Assembly (NCBI GenBank): GCA_031430615.1
Contig: JANPBV010000071.1
Location: 1-37,996 of the forward strand
Source of the DNA: Ignavibacteria bacterium
GTDB lineage: Bacteria; Bacteroidota; Ignavibacteria; Tepidaquicellales; OLB5
Length of the DNA: 37,996 bases
Direction of reading: 5' to 3'
Of this stretch, positions 9,246 to 19,215 are shown piece after piece (position 1 is the stretch's first letter; the number at the start of each line of letters is the position of its first letter). The notes under the pieces are model-generated. The model saw only the letters and a list, made by a program, of their open reading frames with translations, ran no database searches and was not told the origin of the DNA. Made by a program: the position numbers and the translations under genes.

Positions 9246-10205
9246 TTAATCACTAAGTTTATGCAAGTCTTCAACACCGTGAAGAGATGCATTTAAGCTT
9301 GCCATTTTATTTGCGAAATTTAAAGCAAGATGCTCCTCACTCTGCTTAAACGCAGCATTTTTATAAAAGAAACTTGACGCAAAAACATCGCCACAGCCGG
9401 TTGAATCAACAAACATCGGACTATCTATCCTTGGCATATCTGTTCTATCAAGATCATAATATGATTCACCCGCTGCTTCTTTATGCATTAACCGGTACAT
9501 GCTTACACCTGAGCGGCCACGGGTAACTACAAGTGAACTTACTTTTTTATCCATCAGAATTTTTTCTGCTGTTTCATACTCAGTTACATTATCACCGGTA
9601 AAAATTGAAAGCTCTGATTCATTCATTTGTATAGTATCAGACAGTGAAACCCAGTTTTGCCAGTTTTTAACAGGCATTTGTTTTCTTGCGCCGTCGGGAA
9701 AGGTCTGCATTACAAGGTTATGAAGATCCATATGTATGTAACCTTTAAAATTATCACGTATCATTATAAAAGCATCAAGTGTGATATCTACACCGGATAC
9801 GAGATTAACCAAAATTCCATCCAAGGACCCAAGAAGATCCTTTACCTGTTCAAATTCCACAGGCAGCGTTGGCAGGGTTGAGTTTTCTTCTCTGTCATAA
9901 GTTTTCTTAGTCGATACATTCAGTATAGAATTCTTATCCTTATAAAACAGGTTAACAACCCTCGTCTTATGAGATGTTCTATTTATATAAGAAAGATCAA
10001 TATTACTGAAGGTACTTAAGAATCCGGTAATGTTATCAAATTCATCTTCACCTAAGTTCATTACAGGATAAACGGTTGCGCTGCCTTTTGAAATTACCGC
10101 AAGAGATACAAGAGAATACAAAATTCCGCCAAACTGTTTGGTTGTTGTTTCGCCCCCCCTGTGAATATAATCCATACATGGTTCACCAATAACTGCCAGC
10201 TTCAC
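9246..10205 (-). CDS. PfkB family carbohydrate kinase
   Basis: QMNESE, VVTRG, DSTGCGDVF signature; GTG start abutting the upstream stop. Confidence 0.85.
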   Translation of the reverse strand: MKLAVIGEPCMDYIHRGGETTTKQFGGILYSLVSLAVISKGSATVYPVMNLGEDEFDNITGFLSTFSNIDLSYINRTSHKTRVVNLFYKDKNSILNVSTKKTYDREENSTLPTLPVEFEQVKDLLGSLDGILVNLVSGVDITLDAFIMIRDNFKGYIHMDLHNLVMQTFPDGARKQMPVKNWQNWVSLSDTIQMNESELSIFTGDNVTEYETAEKILMDKKVSSLVVTRGRSGVSMYRLMHKEAAGESYYDLDRTDMPRIDSPMFVDSTGCGDVFASSFFYKNAAFKQSEEHLALNFANKMASLNASLHGVEDLHKLSD

Positions 10206-11165
10206 TTAATTAAATATCTCCTTTACCTGTACTTCAAGCGCCGGTGAGAAATCAATATCCGCTGCTCCGCAATTTTCAATTACCTGTTCAGGCTTAGATG
10301 CGCTTGTAATAGTACTGGTAATATTATCTTTTCTTAAACACCATGCCAGCGCAAGCTGTGAAGGGGTTGCGTCAATACTGTGAGCAAGCTCTACAAACTT
10401 ATCAACCTTCGCCAGAAGCTCTTTATCACTTACACTTTCTTTTATAAAATGGTTGACCTTATCATTTGCGGCGCGTGAATCTTCAGGCACTTTACCTCCG
10501 GAATACTTTCCGCTTAATAAGCCCTGAGCAAGCGGTGACCAAACCACTTCACCCATGCCATATTTTTCACATGCTTTCATTACGCCGTTTGTTTCAATCT
10601 GCCGGCGGATGATATTATACTGCGGCTGATTACTTACAGGTCTATGCAGGTTATGTTTTTCACAGATAGCAGCAGCTTCATTAATATTTTCGGCTGACCA
10701 CTCACTTACGCCCCAGTATAAAAGCTTACCCTGCAGAATAAGATCGTTGAACGAACGGCAGATCTCTTCCATTGGAGTATAGAGGTCATGGCGGTGGCAT
10801 TGGTATATATCAATATAGTCAGTTTTAAGTCTAACCAAAGATTTATGTACCGACTCAAAAACATGTTTGCGTGATAAACCCTGGTCATTTGGATTTGATG
10901 TCATTGGCCAGAAACATTTTGATGCTATCACAACATCTTCACGCCTAACTTTGAGTTCATCAAAAAATATTCTGCCAAGCGAAAGCTCTGCTTCACCCTT
11001 ATTATAGATATCAGCTGTATCAAAAAATATTATGCCGCTCTCGATAGCTGTTTTTATGCAATTTAAGGCAGTTTTGTCCTCTATGGACATTCCATAAGTA
11101 AGCCAGCTTCCTATTCCAACGGCTGAGAGTTTTATTCCATGTTTGCCAAGCTGTCTATATTTCAT
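10206..11165 (-). CDS. aldo/keto reductase (Kv-beta-like subfamily)
   Basis: GIGSWLT, FDTADIY, LKTDYIDIYQCHR, WSPLAQGLLSGKY. Confidence 0.93.
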   Translation of the reverse strand: MKYRQLGKHGIKLSAVGIGSWLTYGMSIEDKTALNCIKTAIESGIIFFDTADIYNKGEAELSLGRIFFDELKVRREDVVIASKCFWPMTSNPNDQGLSRKHVFESVHKSLVRLKTDYIDIYQCHRHDLYTPMEEICRSFNDLILQGKLLYWGVSEWSAENINEAAAICEKHNLHRPVSNQPQYNIIRRQIETNGVMKACEKYGMGEVVWSPLAQGLLSGKYSGGKVPEDSRAANDKVNHFIKESVSDKELLAKVDKFVELAHSIDATPSQLALAWCLRKDNITSTITSASKPEQVIENCGAADIDFSPALEVQVKEIFN

Positions 11166-11351
11166 ATTTTTATAGGTATAAGTTACAAATATACAAATTC
11201 ACAAATGCTTATTGTAGTCAAGTTTATGGTTATGATAACAAAATGTAAAATCGTTTAATTAGGTAAAGGTCTTTTAATTGCTATATGTATGTTTTTTGGT
11301 TAGTTTTGTTAACCTGCATATGGTTAATATATTGCTAATTTAAGTTAGAAA

Positions 11352-12224
11352 ATGGACTTTTTGGTTTACGTATTGTTTGTACTTCTTAAGGTAATGATAC
11401 CAATTTTTCCTTTAAAGTTTGTTCAGTTTGCGGCAAAGGTAAAAGGAAAGATGTTCTATTATATTCTGCCTATTAGAAAGAAAACTGCAATAAGTAATTT
11501 AATGATTGCATTTCCCGAAAAAAATGAAAATGAAATTAAAGAAATTGTTAAGGGCTGCTATGTTAATGTGATAACTGTAATTGCAGAGTTCTTTTATATG
11601 AAGAAATTATCAATTGAAAGACTTGGTGGTTTTTTGAAAGTTGAAAATATTGAATTGATAGATGAAAAATTGAAACAGGGAAAAGGGTTAATTTTCATAA
11701 GCGGGCATTTTGGGAATTGGGAGCTCACTGCTTATGGTATTCCTAAACTTTTAGACAAAAGTTTAAATGTAGTTGTGAAAGAACAGACGAATAAGAAGGT
11801 AAGTGCAGAAATAGACAGGATTAGAACATCAGGCGGCAACAGAATGATAGACATGAGGAATTCCATACGTGAAATTTTAACCGCCTTAAAAAATAATGAG
11901 ATGGTCGCAATGCTTGGTGACCAGGCTGCGCCAAGGGAAAATGTAAAGGTTGATTTTTTTGTAAAAAATGTTCCAGCATTTGAAGGAACTGCAAAGATTG
12001 CCATAAAAACAGGAGCAGCAGTATTGTTTGGTGTATCAACTAGAAATGATGACGTGACATACTCGCTCAGGTTTCATGAAATTGATACATCAAAGTATAA
12101 GGATACTTCGGATGAAAACGTGAGGGCATTAACACAGGAGCATGTGGATTTACTTGTTGAGTATATTAAATTAAGACCGGACCACTGGCTATGGTTTCAC
12201 AGGAGATTTAAGAATGTGGGGTGA
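11352..12224 (+). CDS. lipid A biosynthesis acyltransferase (LpxL/HtrB family)
   Basis: GHFGNWE, LGDQ, PDHWLWFHRRFK. Confidence 0.9.
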   Translation: MDFLVYVLFVLLKVMIPIFPLKFVQFAAKVKGKMFYYILPIRKKTAISNLMIAFPEKNENEIKEIVKGCYVNVITVIAEFFYMKKLSIERLGGFLKVENIELIDEKLKQGKGLIFISGHFGNWELTAYGIPKLLDKSLNVVVKEQTNKKVSAEIDRIRTSGGNRMIDMRNSIREILTALKNNEMVAMLGDQAAPRENVKVDFFVKNVPAFEGTAKIAIKTGAAVLFGVSTRNDDVTYSLRFHEIDTSKYKDTSDENVRALTQEHVDLLVEYIKLRPDHWLWFHRRFKNVG

Positions 12225-12338
12225 GGGGACCCTCAGTTATCAAATCACGAAGGAGCATAATTAAAAATCCCCGTTCGAGATATTTAGTTTGGCATTAATT
12301 TATGACAAATTATCAATTGTAGAACATTTGAGCTAATA

Positions 12339-12362
12339 CTCCCCCTTTACAAGGGGGATTAA
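12339..12362. repeat. CCCCCTTT-AC-AAGGGGG REP-like palindrome
   Basis: 24 bp identical to 16621-16644. Confidence 0.8.
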
Positions 12363-12363
12363 A

Positions 12364-13383
12364 ATGAAGAATAAGAAAATATTAATAATACAGACGGCAT
12401 TTTTGGGTGATGTGATACTTGCATTGCCGATGGCGCAGACAATAAAAGCGCATTTACCTGACGCGCTTGTTGATTTTCTTTGTATTCCCGCAACATCGGG
12501 AGTACTTGCAAATCACCCCGCAATTAATAAGGTAATACCCTATGATAAAAAGGGTGGCGATAAGCTTGATAAGTTTATTGAGGTGCTTTCGGAATTAAGG
12601 GAAGAAGAATACGATATAGTTATTTCTCCTCATAGATATTTAAGAAGCGCCTTGTTGACGTATTACAGCGAATCAAAAGTAAGGATTGGTTTTGAAGAGA
12701 ATTCACTCGCTTTTTTGCTCACCAATAAAGTAAAGTATATAAAAGATAAGCATGAAATATACCGTAACCTAGAGCTTGTTAAACAAATTCCCGGGTTAAA
12801 TTATGATGAGAAGAAAGTATCGCTAAAGCCAGAGTTGTATCCATTACCGGAACAAAAGGAACATGTAAGACATTTATTTCACAGGTCAAATTTGATCAGT
12901 TTTGCACCGTGCTCAAGGTGGTTCACAAAACAATTACCGATTGAAAAATCCGCTGAAATTGCCAAAAAACTGCTGATAAATGGCTATAATGTAGCATTAA
13001 TTGGAGGTGAGTCAGATACGGATTATTGCAAGGAGGTTGAAAATACACTTAAGGATGATGCGTTGGTAAACCTATGCGGGAAGACGAGTCCGCTGGAATC
13101 ATACGAAGTTATGACACAATCAAAAGCATTAATTACGGTTGATTCCGCAGCGCAGCATTTAGGTTCAGCAAGCGGGATCCCGATCATATTGATATACGGC
13201 TCGACTGATATATCATTCGGGTTTTACCCGCTTACATCGAAATATAAAATTTCTGAAATTGATTTACTTGAGTGCAGGCCATGTACTGATCACGGCAGGG
13301 ATAAATGTCCATTAGGGCATTTTAAATGTATGGCTGATCTGAGCGCTGAGAAGATAGTGAACATGATGGAAGAAATTATATAG
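12364..13383 (+). CDS. GT9 family LPS heptosyltransferase (WaaF-like)
   Basis: IQTAFLGDVIL, NLCGKTS, DSAAQHL, CRPC...CPLGHFKCM. Confidence 0.9.
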   Translation: MKNKKILIIQTAFLGDVILALPMAQTIKAHLPDALVDFLCIPATSGVLANHPAINKVIPYDKKGGDKLDKFIEVLSELREEEYDIVISPHRYLRSALLTYYSESKVRIGFEENSLAFLLTNKVKYIKDKHEIYRNLELVKQIPGLNYDEKKVSLKPELYPLPEQKEHVRHLFHRSNLISFAPCSRWFTKQLPIEKSAEIAKKLLINGYNVALIGGESDTDYCKEVENTLKDDALVNLCGKTSPLESYEVMTQSKALITVDSAAQHLGSASGIPIILIYGSTDISFGFYPLTSKYKISEIDLLECRPCTDHGRDKCPLGHFKCMADLSAEKIVNMMEEII

Positions 13384-13490
13384 ATGCGAAATGTCATAGT
13401 CTAAAGCTAAAATGTCATAAGAAGCACTGACCACGTCATAGCCGGGCAAGCACAGTCAGTGCACTCCAAAGAAAAGAATAATTTATGGTG

Positions 13491-13618
13491 GTGTCAGGTA
13501 TTAACCTGACACGTCAGCTTTGCTGACAGTTTTTGAAAAAAACAATTACTTTATAGGTTTAAGAGTAATTTAGAATTTTTTGCAAGCTTTGTCTGCACGT
13601 CAGGTGAATACCTGACGT
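13491..13618. repeat. GTCAGGT...ACCTGAC palindrome pair, REP-like
   Basis: GTGTCAGGT-ATTA-ACCTGACAC (13491-13512), GTCAGC-TTT-GCTGAC (13513-13527), ACGTCAGGT-GAAT-ACCTGACGT (13597-13618). Confidence 0.65.
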
Positions 13619-13627
13619 CACTTCTGA

Positions 13628-16468
13628 TTACTTCAGTTCGGGTTTAAGGAATTTTGCTGTAATGGAATTTTTCATGTTATTCTTCACAAGATCTTCAGGT
13701 GTGCCTTCTGCGATTATCTTTCCGCCTGCATCGCCGCCTTCGGGACCAAGATCGATTATCCAATCCGCAGTTTTTATTACATCAAGGTTATGCTCAATTA
13801 CTATAACAGAATTGCCTTTATCAACCAACTGGTTCAGCACTTTTAGTAACATACTAATATCTTCAAAATGCAGTCCTGTTGTGGGTTCATCAAGAATATA
13901 TATCGTTTTACCTGTTTGAATCTTTGATAGCTCGGTAGAAAGCTTTACACGCTGCGCCTCACCACCTGAGAGCGTTACGGCTGATTGTCCAAGCCTTATG
14001 TATCCCAAACCAACATCAAATAATGTTTGCAGCTTTCGTTTTAGAGATGGTATTGCTTCAAAGAACGAAACCGCTTCTTCAACTGTCATTTCAAGCACAT
14101 CAGAAATATTTTTCCCTTTGTATCTGACCTCAAGTGTTTCCCTGTTATAACGCTTGCCGCGGCAAACATCACATGTTACATATACATCCGGGAGGAAATT
14201 CATTTCAATTTTCTTCTGCCCTCCGCCCTCGCAGGCTTCACACCTGCCGCCTTTTACGTTAAAGCTGAACCTGCCTACTTTATATCCGCGAATTTTTGCT
14301 TCAGGCAGAGTTGAAAACAAATCACGTATGAATGTAAATAAACCCGTATATGTTGCGGGATTGCTTCTTGGAGTTCTGCCTATTGGCGACTGGTCAACTT
14401 CTATGACTTTGTTTACATTCTTTAATCCTTCAATTGTATCATACGGTAGAGGAGGCTCAGGGGATTTAAAAAATTTTCTGGATAGCACGCGGTACAATGT
14501 TTCATTGATAAGCGATGATTTACCTGAACCGCTGACACCTGTTATACAAATAAATTTCCCTAACGGAACTTCAAGATTTACTTTCTTTAAGTTATTCCCC
14601 GATGCGCCTTTTAGAACCAGTTTTTGCCCGTTACCAAATCTTCGTTTCTTAGGGACCTCAATGTTTTTTTTCCCGGAAATATATAATGAGGTGAGTGAGC
14701 TGCCATTCAATGAGCCGGGTTTGCCAAAAGCTACAATGTGACCGCCATGCTCACCAGCGCCCGGACCCAGATCAACAACGAAATCAGCTTCTTCCATCAT
14801 CTGTTTATCATGCTCAACAACTATGACCGTGTTGCCAATATCACGCAGGTTTTTAAGTGATTTTATCAGCAGTTCATTATCGCGCTGATGCAAGCCTATA
14901 CTGGGTTCATCAAGTATATATAGTACGCCGCGCAACTGTGAGCCAATCTGTGTTGCAAGCTTAATTCTTTGCGCTTCACCGCCTGAGAGTGTCCTTGCGT
15001 TTCTATCAAGCGAAAGATAATGCAAACCTACATTAAGCATAAACTCAAGTCGCATTTTAATTTCTTTTAGTATCTGCTTTGCTATTATTTCCTGTCTCTC
15101 GTTAAGGATTAGTGTATCGAAATAATCACGCGCTTTTTTGATTGATAACAGAGATACTTCATAAATATTTTTTTTGCCTTCGGTGGAATCAACCAACACA
15201 GCTAAACTGGATTGCTTCAGTTTGCCTCCTTTGCATGTATCACATGTATTGGATGTCATAAAGCCTTCAGCCCAGTTTGAAATATACTCAGATGTCTGGT
15301 TGCGGTAGTAATCCAGAATAATTTTCTTCACACCCTGGAACTTGTGCGAGTACTCCCGCTGTATGCCGCGTGAATCAACATATTTATATTCACGTTTCTG
15401 GTCATCACCATTTATAATGATATTAAGTTGTTCTTTGGATAATTTCTTAAGTGGTGTATCAAAATCATAGCCCCATGATTCAATAAGCTGCTTTAATACC
15501 GTGAAGGTCCAGTTAGTGCGGGGTTTGCCGAGTGGTGCAATTGCACCTTCAGCAATTGTAAGGTCGTAATCTGTGATAAGCAGCCTGTCATCAAGTTCTT
15601 TTCGCGCGCCAAGTCCAAGGCAATCAGGGCACCAGCCGTAAGGTGAGTTAAATGAAAATGAATTTGGCGCAGGTTCATCAAAACCTATGCCGCATGTGGG
15701 ACATGCAAGTTTTTCGCTGAATAATTTATCCTTCGAGCCATCGCTATCTGACTCGGTTACAATAACAATCCCGCCTCCAAAACGCAGGGCGGTTTCAATT
15801 GAATCTGTCAGTCTTAGCGAGGTAGCTTTTGTTACCATTATTCTATCAACAACAATTTCAATATCATGAATTTTATACCGGTCAAGCTTCATTTTGGGGG
15901 CGATATCCTTTATCAGTTTATCAACCCTAACTTTTGTGAATCCGTCTTTTTCTATCTGCTCAAACAGTTCCCGGTAATGACCTTTGCGCCCTTTTACAAC
16001 TGGAGCTAATATGTTTATTCTTTTTGTATCGTGATTTTCTCTGATGTGGTTTATTATCTGCTGCACACTTTGCCTTTGTACGGGGCTTCCGCAGTTTGTG
16101 CAGTGCTGGGTTCCGCATTTTGAAAATAGCAGGCGCAGGAAATCATAAATTTCTGTCACCGTGCCAACTGTTGAGCGCGGGTTATGTGATATTGTTTTCT
16201 GCTCGATTGAAATAGATGGCGAGAGTCCTTCAATTTTATCAACATCGGGGCGTTCAATCCCCCCAATGAACTGTCTAGCATAGGAGGAGAGTGTTTCTAC
16301 AAAACGCCTCTGACCCTCGGCATAAATGGTATCGAATGCGAGGGATGATTTGCCCGAGCCGGATATTCCCGTAATTACTACAAACTTATCGCGGGGGATA
16401 TCGATATCAATATTTTTAAGGTTGTGTACCCGCGCGCCTTGTATGGATATTTTATCTAAAAATGACAA
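13628..16468 (-). CDS. uvrA: excinuclease ABC subunit A
   Basis: GARVHNLKN, two Walker A (GxSGSGKSS), two LSGGEAQR signatures, zinc fingers. Confidence 0.98.
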   Translation of the reverse strand: MSFLDKISIQGARVHNLKNIDIDIPRDKFVVITGISGSGKSSLAFDTIYAEGQRRFVETLSSYARQFIGGIERPDVDKIEGLSPSISIEQKTISHNPRSTVGTVTEIYDFLRLLFSKCGTQHCTNCGSPVQRQSVQQIINHIRENHDTKRINILAPVVKGRKGHYRELFEQIEKDGFTKVRVDKLIKDIAPKMKLDRYKIHDIEIVVDRIMVTKATSLRLTDSIETALRFGGGIVIVTESDSDGSKDKLFSEKLACPTCGIGFDEPAPNSFSFNSPYGWCPDCLGLGARKELDDRLLITDYDLTIAEGAIAPLGKPRTNWTFTVLKQLIESWGYDFDTPLKKLSKEQLNIIINGDDQKREYKYVDSRGIQREYSHKFQGVKKIILDYYRNQTSEYISNWAEGFMTSNTCDTCKGGKLKQSSLAVLVDSTEGKKNIYEVSLLSIKKARDYFDTLILNERQEIIAKQILKEIKMRLEFMLNVGLHYLSLDRNARTLSGGEAQRIKLATQIGSQLRGVLYILDEPSIGLHQRDNELLIKSLKNLRDIGNTVIVVEHDKQMMEEADFVVDLGPGAGEHGGHIVAFGKPGSLNGSSLTSLYISGKKNIEVPKKRRFGNGQKLVLKGASGNNLKKVNLEVPLGKFICITGVSGSGKSSLINETLYRVLSRKFFKSPEPPLPYDTIEGLKNVNKVIEVDQSPIGRTPRSNPATYTGLFTFIRDLFSTLPEAKIRGYKVGRFSFNVKGGRCEACEGGGQKKIEMNFLPDVYVTCDVCRGKRYNRETLEVRYKGKNISDVLEMTVEEAVSFFEAIPSLKRKLQTLFDVGLGYIRLGQSAVTLSGGEAQRVKLSTELSKIQTGKTIYILDEPTTGLHFEDISMLLKVLNQLVDKGNSVIVIEHNLDVIKTADWIIDLGPEGGDAGGKIIAEGTPEDLVKNNMKNSITAKFLKPELK

Positions 16469-16620
16469 ATTTTACGTGTTTTTGTGAAAATTATTGACTA
16501 TTATTACTTTGTTATGTCTTTGGTATAAATGCTGCTTAATTAATTTTTAAATCCCCATTACAGATATACAATGGATATTTAAAAATGTTAAATTTTCAAT
16601 TTTGGATTTTCAAGCTAAAT

Positions 16621-16644
16621 CTCCCCCTTTACAAGGGGGATTAA
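16621..16644. repeat. CCCCCTTT-AC-AAGGGGG REP-like palindrome
   Basis: 16613-16644 matches 12331-12362 at 30/32 positions. Confidence 0.8.
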
Positions 16645-16798
16645 GAAACAAAATTCGACTAAGAGGGTAAGTTAACGGAAAATGTTTGAAGAAAAAATGA
16701 ATGAATTTGGTTGGAAGGGTAAGAGCATTATAAATAGTGAAATAGAGAAGGTTATAATTTTACTTGCTTAAGTATTAATTTACGTATATTTTTGGAGT

Positions 16799-17581
16799 AT
16801 GAATTTTATATTAAACTGGCATCCGGCGTTATCAATACTTTTTCTTTGCGGGGTAACTGTATTTATTTCTTATGTGGGATTAAAGCTTGTGAGGAAATGG
16901 TTTACTGAAGATGTTTTGAAGCAAAACCATGAAGTCGGCGGGATGATATTCAACGCGTTCGGGATAATTTATGCTGTGCTGATAGCATTTGTAGTGTTTG
17001 CTACGTGGACTGAATATGATGAATCAAAAAAGAATGTTGATCAGGAAGCAATTGAGCTTTCAGATATTTATCATAACTCAAAAGCGCTGCCTGAACAATA
17101 TAAATCACAGGTTGCTCCATTACTAAAAGCATATATTGATGATGTGATTAATGATGAATGGAAAATGCTTGATGATGGTGAGCCAAGCGGCAAAGCCAGG
17201 GATAGCTTCAATAAAATATGGACATTTTTTACAACTATTGAGAGATCACAAATTAAAAACGAAATTGCTTACCAGGAAACCTTAAAACATTTAAACGATG
17301 TAAATGAAAAACGAAGAATGAGGATATTTGACAGTAAGAATAATATCCCCGGTATTATTTGGGTTGTTCTGCTGTTTGGCGCTGTAGTAATTGTGATATA
17401 CACATATTTTTTCTTTGCGAAAAATATTCGTCATCAATTTGTGATGACTTCTGCACTAACAATATTAAATACTTTGATATTGTATATGATAGTATTGCTT
17501 GATAATCCTTTCAGGGGTTATATGAAGATTGATTTTTCTCCGTTTGAATATACAATGCTTGTGATAACAAGCGGAATGTAA
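16799..17581 (+). CDS. DUF4239 (bestrophin-like) membrane protein
   Basis: four hydrophobic helices; IYAVLIAFVV..TW and LDNPFRG motifs. Confidence 0.75.
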   Translation: MNFILNWHPALSILFLCGVTVFISYVGLKLVRKWFTEDVLKQNHEVGGMIFNAFGIIYAVLIAFVVFATWTEYDESKKNVDQEAIELSDIYHNSKALPEQYKSQVAPLLKAYIDDVINDEWKMLDDGEPSGKARDSFNKIWTFFTTIERSQIKNEIAYQETLKHLNDVNEKRRMRIFDSKNNIPGIIWVVLLFGAVVIVIYTYFFFAKNIRHQFVMTSALTILNTLILYMIVLLDNPFRGYMKIDFSPFEYTMLVITSGM

Positions 17582-17595
17582 GGGGATTCGTTTTA

Positions 17596-17646
17596 TCCCC
17601 CTTTGTAAAGGGGGAAGACACACTTTAGTGTGTCAGGGGGTTGTTG
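17596..17646 (-). repeat. left REP-like palindrome flanking the DUF559 gene
   Basis: TCCCCCTTT-GT-AAAGGGGGA + GACACACT-TT-AGTGTGTC + GGGGGTTGTTG. Confidence 0.8.
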
Positions 17647-18010
17647 AAGTGCGATTTTCAAATTCAATTATCCATTTATTTAAGACATCAATTACTCTTT
17701 CCATATTTGTTTTCACTTCATCATCAGTAAACCTTATTACATTCAATCCAATTGATTCCAAATAATCCTGTCTTACTTTATCTTTTTCCTCTTTACCAAT
17801 ATGAGATATCCCGTCTATTTCAATTACTAATTTTAATTTACTGCAATAGAAATCCGCTACATATTCTCCAATTGGCTTCTGTCTCGCAAACTGGTAACCC
17901 TTTATTTTTCTTCCTTTGTTCTGCTGCCATAATAATACTTCAGCTTAGGTACCGTTGTTTCGCAGGTTTCTTGAAAATTGTTTCAGATCATTGTTGTAAT
18001 GGATTTTCAT
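17633..18010 (-). pseudogene. DUF559 / Vsr-like endonuclease with a premature TAA at codon 22
   Basis: hand translation MKIHYNNDLKQFSRNLRNNGT*AEVLLWQQNKGRKIKGYQFARQKPIGEYVADFYCSKLKLVIEIDGISH...RQDYLESIGLNVIRFTDDEV...; stop at 17945-17947. Confidence 0.88.
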
Positions 18011-18057
18011 GATTTAACTTTTCTGTCACACTTATTTTTCAATTATTAATATAGAAG

Positions 18058-18092
18058 CAACAACCCCCTTAGTCCCCCTTTATTAAGGGGGA
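18058..18092 (+). repeat. right REP-like palindrome flanking the DUF559 gene
   Basis: CAACAACCCCCTTAG-TCCCCCTTTATTAAGGGGGA, inverted relative to 17596-17646. Confidence 0.8.
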
Positions 18093-18101
18093 AGATATAA
18101 T

Positions 18102-19076
18102 CTACCACGGAGTTTTTAATCCCAAACCGGAGAGCTTGTCTTCAAACTCTAAGCGTTCGCGGTTCTTTTTGGGTTCGCCGGTAGTCTTATCAAGCCAGTT
18201 GAATGATTTACCAAGCTCAATTGCCTGCTCTTTATCACCTTTGGTGAGCGCAGTTAGTACTTCCATTTCAAGCCTGGTAAGGCTGTTTGAATTTACACGG
18301 TAATCCATGAATGCTTCCCATACAGCGGGGCACCACTTTGCAACAATTTCGTGACCCATAATTTCAGCATAACGCCTAATTTCATACTGCGCATGTGAAT
18401 CCATACGTAAATACAGGAAGTGAAGCAGGTTATGAAGGTCAACTTTCCAGTATGCTTCTGTATAGGTCGAGAGCGGCAGATCTTTCCTTGCCTGCTCTCG
18501 CGCAATACCCATCTTAAGCCGTTCATCATATATTTCACGCGCAAGTGATTGGAGGTAGCGTTCTTTTTCTGTGAGCGTTTTGCCTTCGGAATCACCTGCA
18601 AATCCGCCTGAACCCTGGCGGTTGCCGGAAGCCTGCAGGCGCCACTCAGTTTCACTTGTGGTTTGTGTGGAGTCAATTGCAACGCTATAGCGTGTTGAAT
18701 ATTCATTTACGTTTGCCGTACGGTGGCGTATCCATTGCCGCCAGCAATCCATCGGTACACGCACATGGAATTTTATCTCGCACATTTCAAACGGTGTTGT
18801 GTGATGATGGCGCATTAAGTAGCGTATCAAACCGCGATCTTCGTGGACCTTTTTTGTGCCTTTGCCGTATGAAACTCGGGCTGCCTGAACAATAGATTCA
18901 TCAGAGCCCATATAATCTATTACCCTGATGAAGCCATCATCGAGCACTTTGAATGGCTGCCCCAGGACGTCATCAAGCGCTGTGACATTTGGGCGCACAA
19001 GTGACTCCATCACCGGGTTGGTTTCAGGCGCTTCAATATATTCTTTATTGGTATTTTCTTTATTTTCTGATGTCAT
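18102..19076 (-). CDS. thyX: FAD-dependent thymidylate synthase
   Basis: AARVSY, H.TPFE, RHRTANVNEYSTRY ThyX motif, HAQYEIR; ATG 19076 preferred over TTG 19133. Confidence 0.95.
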   Translation of the reverse strand: MTSENKENTNKEYIEAPETNPVMESLVRPNVTALDDVLGQPFKVLDDGFIRVIDYMGSDESIVQAARVSYGKGTKKVHEDRGLIRYLMRHHHTTPFEMCEIKFHVRVPMDCWRQWIRHRTANVNEYSTRYSVAIDSTQTTSETEWRLQASGNRQGSGGFAGDSEGKTLTEKERYLQSLAREIYDERLKMGIAREQARKDLPLSTYTEAYWKVDLHNLLHFLYLRMDSHAQYEIRRYAEIMGHEIVAKWCPAVWEAFMDYRVNSNSLTRLEMEVLTALTKGDKEQAIELGKSFNWLDKTTGEPKKNRERLEFEDKLSGLGLKTPW

Positions 19077-19180
19077 ATTAAAATTTTGAGTCGGAATTTT
19101 TAAATTATTAAATGCAAAATAGTCAATTGGCAAAGAAGATTAAAGTCTTAAAAGTTAAAAATAGAGGGTTAAAGTTTTTA

Positions 19181-19206
19181 CATTCCCAAACTGGAGTTTG
19201 GGAATG
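19181..19206. repeat. perfect 12-bp stem palindrome, REP-like
   Basis: CATTCCCAAACT-GG-AGTTTGGGAATG. Confidence 0.6.
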
Positions 19207-19215
19207 AGAAATATG

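Noticed and set aside
13662-15869. Several ORFs overlapping uvrA (and similar ones inside serS, thyX, the APC permease and T9SS genes)
   Set aside because: Antisense or alternative-frame shadows of well-supported genes, with no motifs
17945-17947. Stop-codon reassignment or programmed readthrough
   Set aside because: TAA terminates most genes in the window; a single nonsense mutation or sequencing error is simpler
17752-18012. 86-aa plus-strand ORF in the track
   Set aside because: Antisense shadow of the DUF559 pseudogene, which carries the recognisable motifs
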